Source: a virus
IMG/VR virus record: IMGVR_UViG_3300045988_061461
Reading direction: 5' to 3' (one strand)
DNA: 53,833 nt
Under the pieces are notes generated by a model that saw only the letters and a list, made by a program, of their open reading frames with translations, did no database searches and was not told the origin of the DNA. Shown piece after piece: positions 1-6,149 of the stretch; the first letter of the stretch is position 1; every line of letters begins with the position of its first letter. The translations under genes were made by a program, and so were the position numbers.

Positions 1-55
1 TGATTCTTCCACCACATTCTGCTAATTTGGTTTCAAAATAACTAGCTACATCTTT
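1..55. repeat. terminal 55-nt exact direct repeat (copy 1), taken as a circular-closure overlap
   Basis: tgattcttccaccacattctgctaatttggtttcaaaataactagctacatcttt occurs at both window ends. Confidence 0.9.
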
Positions 56-82
56 TGCAACATAAGCATAATATTTCATCAT
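1..82 (-). CDS. 5' part of a 62-aa hypothetical protein that spans the circular junction (continues in frame at 53833..53672)
   Basis: ATGATG at 82-77 preceded by AAGGATGG. The frame runs through position 1 and continues at the window end. Bases 1-55 are identical to 53779-53833. Confidence 0.5.
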   Translation of the reverse strand, partial: MMKYYAYVAKDVASYFETKLAECGGRI

Positions 83-99
83 AATGATTCGCCATCCTT

Positions 100-125
100 T
101 CATAAAAGACGGTGAAATTTTCGCG
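100..125 (-). promoter_or_regulatory. CGCGAAAA-N10-TATTATGAG class promoter (P1) driving the junction-spanning ORF and the early block
   Basis: Minus strand reads CGCGAAAATTTCACCGTCTTTTATGA, followed by the SD and the ATG at 82. Confidence 0.55.
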
Positions 126-126
126 A

Positions 127-349
127 AATAAAAAGAAAAGAGAAATCCATGATGGCTATTATAGCCGATAACACCCTCATAGCCCTTTCGGTCCTACACT
201 AATCTAAAATTAGCTTCTTCTGATTACTCATACTGCTATGATATAAGTTAGTCTTCTAGGATTTCACATACCTTACGATATGTTCCGGCATTCAATTATT
301 CCGTTCATCCATCATGTTTTCAGTTAGGATCTTGATGTCCACCTAACTC
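127..349 (-). ncRNA. candidate non-coding transcript (about 215 nt) downstream of P2
   Basis: No SD or ORF after the promoter. Several local hairpins (GUUAGG..CCUAAC, ACAUA..UAUGU, CUAAU..AUUAG, GGCUAU..AUAGCC). Ends in a U-rich tract that abuts P1. Confidence 0.35.
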
Positions 350-355
350 TTTCTC

Positions 356-381
356 TCATAATAGTAACTGTAATTTTCGCG
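356..381 (-). promoter_or_regulatory. CGCGAAAA-N10-TATTATGAG class promoter (P2)
   Basis: Minus strand reads CGCGAAAATTACAGTTACTATTATGA. Part of a 37-nt exact repeat (348-384 equals 482-518). Confidence 0.55.
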
Positions 382-384
382 AGG

Positions 385-483
385 CAAAAAGAAAAAAGAA
401 AGCGCTAATAATCCGTTGATTCGGCCCTAAGTCCTAGTAAGATCCCTGTCCGGCTTTAGTATTTAGCTAAAGTTCGCTCATTC
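385..483 (-). ncRNA. candidate non-coding transcript (about 95 nt) downstream of P3
   Basis: No SD or ORF. Hairpin CUUUAG-CUAAAUA-CUAAAG. The 5' GAGCG can pair with the 3' CGCUU, followed by UCUUUUUUCUUUUU. Confidence 0.35.
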
Positions 484-489
484 TTTCTC

Positions 490-515
490 TCATAATAGTA
501 ACTGTAATTTTCGCG
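490..515 (-). promoter_or_regulatory. CGCGAAAA-N10-TATTATGAG class promoter (P3)
   Basis: Identical to P2. Lies directly 3' of the sigma-factor stop codon. Confidence 0.55.
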
Positions 516-524
516 AGGTAGCTA

Positions 525-1022
525 TTAAATATATTTCTCAAATTTCGGTTTGATTTCGTTCAACAGAATACGACTAATCAGAGATTGCGAAATACCAAGT
601 ATTCTTCCAATTTCTTTCTGATTATATCTGTTTATACGTAAGTATACGATTTTCTTCTCCTTCAAGCTAAGAGAATTCCAGAATCCGTCCCAATCAATAT
701 AATCTATATCTTCCATTCCAACGATGGTGTCACCAAGCGAAACATCGTCCGTATTTTTTAGAATCTCGTCAATACTTCTTGGAGGAATATCAAGATGGCG
801 ACGTTTTGCATTCTGAATTCTAAGATGATGTAAGATTTCATTTTTAATGCATAAACAAGCGTACGTAGAGAATTTAGCAGTATGCAAATCGTATCTTTTG
901 CAAGCTTTCCATAATCCGATAGCCCCAATTTGTCTTATGTCTTCATCGAAATAATACATAGGAAAACGCGTTTTCAGTACCTGATAAATTAGATTTTTAT
1001 TCTCGATAAATAATTCTTCCAT
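525..1022 (-). CDS. phage-encoded sigma-70 family sigma factor (regions 2 and 4 only)
   Basis: Region 2-like IGAIGLWKACKRYD...FSTYACLCIKNEILHHLR. Region 4 HTH NQKEIGRILGISQSLISRIL. SD GGGGAGGA upstream. Confidence 0.85.
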   Translation of the reverse strand: MEELFIENKNLIYQVLKTRFPMYYFDEDIRQIGAIGLWKACKRYDLHTAKFSTYACLCIKNEILHHLRIQNAKRRHLDIPPRSIDEILKNTDDVSLGDTIVGMEDIDYIDWDGFWNSLSLKEKKIVYLRINRYNQKEIGRILGISQSLISRILLNEIKPKFEKYI

Positions 1023-1035
1023 ATAAGTCCTCCCC

Positions 1036-1070
1036 TAGAAAAAGAAGAGGAGCCCCTGTTAGAGCTCCTC
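1036..1070 (-). terminator. intrinsic terminator with the stop codon of the upstream ORF inside the loop
   Basis: Minus strand GAGGAGC-UCUAACAGGG-GCUCCUC followed by UUCUUUUUC. Confidence 0.65.
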
Positions 1071-1259
1071 CGTTTCAGAGATAGTCGATAGTCCTTCTTG
1101 TAGAATATCAATCAATGATTGTACGTCTTCCGGACCAAAATCCAAGCGTTGCGTAACGAGACGCATTTCTCCAGCTTTCGTTGGAGACCACATATTCATC
1201 TCGACAACCACAAGTTTTTGTTCCTTGTTGACATAGACGTTTAATACTTCACCGGACAT
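1059..1259 (-). CDS. hypothetical protein (66 aa, acidic)
   Basis: ORF with SD AAAGGAGGA directly after promoter P4. Confidence 0.6.
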   Translation of the reverse strand: MSGEVLNVYVNKEQKLVVVEMNMWSPTKAGEMRLVTQRLDFGPEDVQSLIDILQEGLSTISETEEL

Positions 1260-1274
1260 TTTAACATCCTCCTT

Positions 1275-1300
1275 TCATATTAGAGAATGTTTTCGACGCG
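1275..1300 (-). promoter_or_regulatory. variant CGCG...TAATATGA promoter (P4) upstream of the 66-aa ORF and the sigma gene
   Basis: Minus strand reads CGCGTCGAAAACATTCTCTAATATGA, with the same spacing as the consensus. Confidence 0.45.
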
Positions 1301-1302
1301 AA

Positions 1303-1524
1303 TCAAATATAAACAATGGCCTCGTACGTATTCTCTTCAACCATTTCATAGATAGAGAACTTTCTTACACGACAGTCAAGCTTCTCATGATTAGGATCAA
1401 TGTCTTTTGCAGGACCTCTATAGATTTCGTTACCTTCTAAATCGAGGACCAACAGAACATTCTTTTTATTTGAGAAACCAAACATGTTGACGAAAATATC
1501 AATTAGTGTTCTAAGATCTTCCAT
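1303..1524 (-). CDS. hypothetical protein (73 aa)
   Basis: ORF in the gene chain with an SD upstream. Confidence 0.6.
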   Translation of the reverse strand: MEDLRTLIDIFVNMFGFSNKKNVLLVLDLEGNEIYRGPAKDIDPNHEKLDCRVRKFSIYEMVEENTYEAIVYI

Positions 1525-1529
1525 CAGCG

Positions 1530-1781
1530 TTATCTCCTTAAAGCAATGGTATTAGACTTCTCCATATAGTAGTCGCATGTGACCTTTAAATTAAGACCTC
1601 GTAATTCAGAGATTTTTAGAATCTTTCCGTCAGAGCCTTTCATTTCGAGATTGGAAGTTTTTTCTAGAAGTTCTTTGAATGATGGTTTCAGTTCACAAAT
1701 ATCAAAGTGTATGCAATTTTCGCAAGGAGAACGTTTTTCAATAGGAATAAAAGGGTTTACTTTATCGGCATTTGTAATCAT
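1530..1781 (-). CDS. hypothetical protein (83 aa) with a Cys cluster CxxC..C
   Basis: ORF. Motif RSPCENCIHFDICE. Confidence 0.6.
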   Translation of the reverse strand: MITNADKVNPFIPIEKRSPCENCIHFDICELKPSFKELLEKTSNLEMKGSDGKILKISELRGLNLKVTCDYYMEKSNTIALRR

Positions 1782-1911
1782 AGTATTCCCGCTCCTTTTC
1801 TCTGGACTCTTCTTCTTTCATGCTTTCCTTGATCATACGTTTCACATTAGCGCGTTCGTACTTGTTAGTCTGTTCTTTGGACTGATAGAGTCGTTTATTA
1901 TCTTTTTTCAT
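1762..1911 (-). CDS. small basic protein (49 aa), not in the ORF track
   Basis: My translation: MKKDNKRLYQSKEQTNKYERANVKRMIKESMKEEESREKEREYYDYKCR. Start overlaps the deaminase stop (ATGA); its end overlaps the next start. Confidence 0.4.
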   Translation of the reverse strand: MKKDNKRLYQSKEQTNKYERANVKRMIKESMKEEESREKEREYYDYKCR

Positions 1912-2372
1912 ATTATGTCTCCAAACCATTCATTAGAATTATTTTGATGATACGAGTTTCTGGTAATAAGATTCTTTATTCCAGCATTAATTATCAATCG
2001 AGAGCATATATCGCAAGGACATACGCTTTCGTCCGTAATCTCTGTTCCAGTATTTGGATCCCAGCACGACAGATACATCGTTGAATCAATCATGTCTTTC
2101 CTAGCAGCAGATATAATACAGTTTTGCTCAGCATGCACCGATTTGCATAATTCATAATTTGATCCGTGCGGAATTTTATGAATCATTCGATAGCAACTTC
2201 CAATATCCGTACAATTCTTACTTCCTCTTGGAGCGCCGTTATATCCGGTGGCAATAATCTCGTCATTCTTGACAATAATAGCACCATAACAACGACGAAG
2301 ACATGTAGAACGTTTTGCTACTGCAAGAGCAATATCAAGATAATATTCTTCTTTACTTATTCGCATTTGCAC
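1908..2372 (-). CDS. dCMP (deoxycytidylate) deaminase
   Basis: Zinc motifs VHAEQNCI and PCDICSRLI; typical size. Confidence 0.85.
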   Translation of the reverse strand: MQMRISKEEYYLDIALAVAKRSTCLRRCYGAIIVKNDEIIATGYNGAPRGSKNCTDIGSCYRMIHKIPHGSNYELCKSVHAEQNCIISAARKDMIDSTMYLSCWDPNTGTEITDESVCPCDICSRLIINAGIKNLITRNSYHQNNSNEWFGDII

Positions 2373-2695
2373 ATCTCTTGTGTTCTAAGTTCTTCTTCAT
2401 TGATTCCTATACAATAGATGAAACGAACATAATTGATTATATCCTGGCACTTTTCGAGAAGATCTTCTTTGTCACAAAAATCGTTTCTCATAACTTTGTC
2501 ACGAAGAGCTGTCAAGTGTTTGGTCATATAACCCCAACAAGTTTGCGCAGCAGTTCCACCTGAAATTTGGGCTCCAGACTCGAAATTATGAAGAGGATTA
2601 TTATACATAGAGTACAATCGATTCTTCTTTTTCAAAGTCTTCAGAGAATTTCCTTCGAGTTCGTCCAGAACTTCTTCAAATCGTTCAACAGTCAT
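2357..2695 (-). CDS. all-alpha MazG/DUF1599-like nucleotide-metabolism-associated protein (start moved to MTVERF)
   Basis: AAGGAGG lies 6 nt before the ATG at 2695. Pattern KKKNRLY..NF..G...RDKV...D.INY resembles DUF1599/MazG-like families (from memory). Confidence 0.45.
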   Translation of the reverse strand: MTVERFEEVLDELEGNSLKTLKKKNRLYSMYNNPLHNFESGAQISGGTAAQTCWGYMTKHLTALRDKVMRNDFCDKEDLLEKCQDIINYVRFIYCIGINEEELRTQEMCKCE

Positions 2696-2849
2696 TTTTT
2701 GCCTCCTTGTAATAAATAGGTTTGTGAGATTCATAGTTGCATGGACTAGCGAGACAATCATTACAGGGATCGTCACCTTCATCCAAGTTTTTGTATTTGC
2801 AGGTTTTGCAATACTGATCGTAATAAACTTCTTTTGTGACTAAATTCAT
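2685..2849 (-). CDS. small Cys-rich (zinc-ribbon-like) protein, 54 aa, not in the track
   Basis: MNLVTKEVYYDQYCKTCKYKNLDEGDDPCNDCLASPCNYESHKPIYYKEAKNDC. ATGA overlap with the upstream stop. Confidence 0.45.
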   Translation of the reverse strand: MNLVTKEVYYDQYCKTCKYKNLDEGDDPCNDCLASPCNYESHKPIYYKEAKNDC

Positions 2850-3199
2850 TTAATAACCTTCTTTCTGTGATAAGATTCTACTGAATTGTATCGATTGCGT
2901 TTGCAGACTTCTTTAAAGATCGCTGGACCCGAGAGTGTTGTATACATAAGAATGTCGTCCCCATAAAAGAAACGTTTTAATGAATTGAACTGGTCCAGAT
3001 AGCGTTTACGAGCATCAACATCATCAGTAGAATTTAGATTCTTGATTACTTTGTCGAGATCCTGAACAGCTTGTAGTATGACCGCAGTTCCAAGCTCAGT
3101 CCAAGGAGTGATAGGTGTTTTGTGATTTTCGTGAGCGCGAATCTTATCAGAGTTAAGAGTTTTTAGTGGTCTGGCCATTTGTTTTATTCCTTTCTTCAT
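2846..3199 (-). CDS. hypothetical protein (117 aa; alternative start at MARPLK)
   Basis: ORF in the gene chain. Confidence 0.6.
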   Translation of the reverse strand: MKKGIKQMARPLKTLNSDKIRAHENHKTPITPWTELGTAVILQAVQDLDKVIKNLNSTDDVDARKRYLDQFNSLKRFFYGDDILMYTTLSGPAIFKEVCKRNRYNSVESYHRKKVIK

Positions 3200-3422
3200 A
3201 TGTAGGTCCGAAAATACAACTCGTTGGTATAGTCCATTCCATTACTTTTCCGCATCGAATACATTTGTTTTTATAATGATATAGACCAGTTTCTTCCCAG
3301 CAATTCAAATATCGATCATTGAATCGATGTCCGCCTAGAATTTTGCATAATATCGGGTGCAAGTTTGTATCCTTTCTCAAGATCGTCCATAAACGCTCTC
3401 GCATTGAAATCTTTCTTGTCAT
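3153..3422 (-). CDS. questionable small protein (89 aa, C..C zinc-ribbon-like)
   Basis: Fills the 116-nt gap between the helicase and the next gene, but overlaps both neighbours (107 and 47 nt). Confidence 0.3.
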   Translation of the reverse strand: MTRKISMRERLWTILRKDTNLHPILCKILGGHRFNDRYLNCWEETGLYHYKNKCIRCGKVMEWTIPTSCIFGPTYEERNKTNGQTTKNS

Positions 3423-4593
3423 TTAGACATTTACGTATACGAATATCAATAGGACTTTTAGATTGTAGATAATAGTAGTAAAGATCCTTGTATGGAGTGT
3501 TCATTCGATCAATACGTCCAGCGGCTTGAGTCATTATTTTGTATGAATGATTCAGCGAATAGAATATAATAGTATCTGTTCGTATACAGTTCCATCCTTC
3601 TGCGCCTGCATTATATTGAACTAAATATACCCATTTATCTCCACTTGGAACCTCCTGATGTTTATGTCCATTCCATTCAGCAACAACAAAATCTTCTCCG
3701 TAGTATAGATTTCTAAGAATATCAAGTTCGTAGTCGAAATTATAGAAAAGTATGATTCTAGGATGATCCTCGACTAATTCTAATAATTTAAGAATTCTAG
3801 ATTCGTCCTTATTCACGACCTTTCTCAATGCGATTCCTATCTCGGAAGCTGTCTTGAATGGTTCTCCTGTTTCGGGATTCATCTTTGTTTTGATTATGTT
3901 CCAAAATTCACGTTTGTCATAATCGACATAAATATCATAGCGATGATAGCGAACGTCTCGTTGGTTCTTCATTTGAATCAGTATATTCTTTCTAAGTCTT
4001 AGAAGTCGTCCAGTATTTATATACCTATCTATTATTGGATAAGGCTGTTTCCCGTATCGCAACACAATATGTTCTCGATAGAATTCGGATCTATTTTTAT
4101 AAAATCCGTTTGCAATAAACACCGGAATATAATCTTTCCAAGAATCTCCTGGAGTTGCTGTCAACAGAATCCAACGATTTTTCTTGGTTATACTGATAAA
4201 CGATTTTACCCAAACTCCAGAACCAACAACTCTTTGCTCGTCAAATATAAAGAATGCATCACGAATGTCCGTGTACTTCTTGATATTATTCCAGGAGTCT
4301 ATAACTACTGTATTTCCATACATATTCTCATTTGTAGACAACATGAACGGAATCATTTCTTCTTCCCATTCGTGTGTATCTCTTTTGAGAGCAGTCGTAA
4401 TAATGTATAGATCGCACGGCGCTCTAGGAAGTGGTTTATAGTTTTTAGTGTTCAATTCTCCGCCCATCAGCTTATAATAATATGCTAGCGAAGTTCTACT
4501 CTTTCCGCTTCCTACACTTCCGCATAGAATACATCCATTTTTCATTTTGTCAATAGCTTCAAGCTGATAATCAGCTAAAATAATACCTGCCAT
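3316..4593 (-). CDS. SF2 (DEAD/SNF2-like) helicase
   Basis: Motif I GSVGSGKS, motif II FDEQR, motif III LLTATPG, motif VI QAAGRIDR. Confidence 0.85.
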   Translation of the reverse strand: MAGIILADYQLEAIDKMKNGCILCGSVGSGKSRTSLAYYYKLMGGELNTKNYKPLPRAPCDLYIITTALKRDTHEWEEEMIPFMLSTNENMYGNTVVIDSWNNIKKYTDIRDAFFIFDEQRVVGSGVWVKSFISITKKNRWILLTATPGDSWKDYIPVFIANGFYKNRSEFYREHIVLRYGKQPYPIIDRYINTGRLLRLRKNILIQMKNQRDVRYHRYDIYVDYDKREFWNIIKTKMNPETGEPFKTASEIGIALRKVVNKDESRILKLLELVEDHPRIILFYNFDYELDILRNLYYGEDFVVAEWNGHKHQEVPSGDKWVYLVQYNAGAEGWNCIRTDTIIFYSLNHSYKIMTQAAGRIDRMNTPYKDLYYYYLQSKSPIDIRIRKCLNDKKDFNARAFMDDLEKGYKLAPDIMQNSRRTSIQ

Positions 4594-4645
4594 AACACCT
4601 CAAAAGATTAAAAGGATCAGGAAATGAATCCCAATCCTTTTTCAA

Positions 4646-4771
4646 TCAGCATAGATTTAATAATAACCAAAATAGTACAATGCATCCAACCATACAAATA
4701 CCGTCTTTAATCAGATCAGTGATTAATTTAGTCTTCTCAACGGATGGATCTTGAATAGTCTTTTTAGCCAT
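4646..4771 (-). CDS. 41-aa membrane peptide with its own promoter, not in the track
   Basis: MAKKTIQDPSVEKTKLITDLIKDGICMVGCIVLFWLLLNLC. SD GAAGGAGG follows promoter P5. Confidence 0.5.
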   Translation of the reverse strand: MAKKTIQDPSVEKTKLITDLIKDGICMVGCIVLFWLLLNLC

Positions 4772-4794
4772 ATTATGAAACCTCCTTCATGATC

Positions 4795-4820
4795 TCATAA
4801 TACAAGATGTTTTTTTCGCG
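4795..4820 (-). promoter_or_regulatory. CGCGAAAA-N10-TATTATGAG class promoter (P5)
   Basis: Minus strand reads CGCGAAAAAAACATCTTGTATTATGA. Confidence 0.6.
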
Positions 4821-4914
4821 ATAAAACCCGGGGAGTGATTTACATCATACAGCAGGATACCTCCAATCATGAGTTATAGTTGCTTCAATTTTGCTTCTCC
4901 CCGGATTATAGGGC

Positions 4915-4971
4915 GTTCAGAGCAGGAATCGAACCTGCAAATATTAAGCGTTGCCATTTCGCCATCTGAAC
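4915..4971 (-). ncRNA. tRNA-like element 1: acceptor stem, D-arm and T-arm, but no anticodon arm (57 nt)
   Basis: Minus strand GTTCAGA-TG-GCG(AAATGGCAA)CGC-TTAATATTT-GCAGG(TTCGATT)CCTGC-TCTGAAC. Perfect 7-bp acceptor and canonical T-loop. Confidence 0.4.
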
Positions 4972-5231
4972 AAATGACGATCCTTAATATTCCGTAATTT
5001 CTTTTCTGCCATGCGTCTCTTGGTTGGATTTATGTTTCATATCCCTAAATTATTTACGCAAATATAAAGGATCGTTGACTAATAGTTTTCAATCGGCTCG
5101 CCTATCGATTTGGACCAGATATATTTTTTAAAATGTTTATATGATTTTTTGCTTCTATCTAATATGATGTAATGTATCCGCTTCGATTAGGGTCATGGCG
5201 CAAATGTCAACTATTAAATCCGAATAGAAGA

Positions 5232-5280
5232 AGGGTCTCTAGGACTCGAACCTCGTAAGTACACCAAGCAGTAAGACCCC
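5232..5280 (-). ncRNA. tRNA-like element 2: acceptor stem, mini D-arm and T-arm, but no anticodon arm (49 nt)
   Basis: Minus strand GGGGTCT-TAC(TGCTTGGT)GTA-CTTA-CGAGG(TTCGAGT)CCTAG-AGACCCT. One G.A mismatch in the T stem and G.U at 1:72. Confidence 0.35.
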
Positions 5281-5304
5281 ATAAGAGGGGACAAAGCCCC
5301 TCAA
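5279..5304 (-). terminator. hairpin after the 108-aa ORF
   Basis: Minus strand GAGGGG-CUUUGU-CCCCUC then UUAU (weak U tract). Confidence 0.45.
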
Positions 5305-5307
5305 ATA

Positions 5308-5634
5308 TTAACGTTTGAACGTAACAGGTGGAAGCTCGTAGATCTCCTTAAGATAAGAACGAACTTCTTGATCTGTTAAATATCCTATGACATCATCCGT
5401 AATCTTCGTATCATAGCATAAGGCGCCTAATTTGAGCACCGCCAATTCCCAAAGATTTTTCTCGTGTCCATAAGAAACGCTATGTTTTACAACAGATGCT
5501 CCATATTCATTCGGAAATTTGAAACGATACATAATACCATCTAAATGGCGTCGTTTTTCGACTTGAAATTCAGACCATTTTCCGGAATCCAATGTTAAAT
5601 TAAATTCAGGATTTAGCGGACTAGTGCAATTCAT
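5308..5634 (-). CDS. hypothetical protein (108 aa)
   Basis: ORF with an SD, downstream of the SSB-like gene. Confidence 0.65.
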   Translation of the reverse strand: MNCTSPLNPEFNLTLDSGKWSEFQVEKRRHLDGIMYRFKFPNEYGASVVKHSVSYGHEKNLWELAVLKLGALCYDTKITDDVIGYLTDQEVRSYLKEIYELPPVTFKR

Positions 5635-5658
5635 ATTTGTCTCCTTTCAAAATATCAA

Positions 5659-6135
5659 TTAAAAGGGTGCTTCTCCGGGATATTCCATTTCAGCATACTT
5701 TGCTGCAAATTCGTCTTCTTCCATAACTACATACATCGTCTTGAGGTATGCGCTGATACCGGTTTTGCCATTAATCGTCCATTCATAAGGTGTAATGATA
5801 AGATCGCAAGACTGAATATCAACAACGTCGAGCTCACCAACTGTCTCTTCGTCGAGCATTCTCTTCTTTCTGGAAGTCATAAGATAGATCCTAGGAGGAA
5901 TGTTCTTGTAGGAAACTTTGACCTGAATATAAGGACGAGGCTCGTCGCCATCGTCTCTAGGGTTAAGCATACGAATGTTCCAACCGTCTTCCTTCAACTT
6001 AGGCGCGATTTCAGGATCAATAAAGACACAGAAGTTTCGATCACCAGCTCTGTTGAAAGCCGTCTGTTCTCCAGAAAAGTTCTTAAAGAAAAGGTGTGCG
6101 TTCTCAATGGCAATAGTTTTACGTTCGTTAGACAT
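5659..6135 (-). CDS. putative ssDNA-binding protein (gp2.5-like); start moved to MSNERK
   Basis: AAAGGAGAA lies 6 nt before the ATG at 6135. Sits immediately after the polymerase gene. Acidic C-terminal tail ending in F (AEMEYPGEAPF). Confidence 0.45.
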   Translation of the reverse strand: MSNERKTIAIENAHLFFKNFSGEQTAFNRAGDRNFCVFIDPEIAPKLKEDGWNIRMLNPRDDGDEPRPYIQVKVSYKNIPPRIYLMTSRKKRMLDEETVGELDVVDIQSCDLIITPYEWTINGKTGISAYLKTMYVVMEEDEFAAKYAEMEYPGEAPF

Positions 6136-6149
6136 TATTAGTTCTCCTT

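Noticed and set aside
1-55. Genuine direct terminal repeat of the virion DNA
   Set aside because: A 55-nt exact overlap at contig ends, with an ORF running through it, is more simply explained as the k-mer overlap of a circular assembly. Physical ends cannot be inferred from the sequence alone.
83-524. Stop-codon recoding (TAG/TGA reassignment) as an explanation for the ORF-free gaps
   Set aside because: All large late and replication genes are intact under the standard code. The gaps lack SD sequences and show promoter/terminator-like and repeat structure instead.
4822-5307. Canonical tRNA genes (and a suppressor tRNA) in the large non-coding gap
   Set aside because: The two T-arm/acceptor-containing elements have no anticodon stem-loop. 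The 77-nt element closed by CCGGGGA/UCCCCGG (4828-4904) has no T-arm or D-arm. I therefore report them only as tRNA-like or unknown, not as tRNAs.
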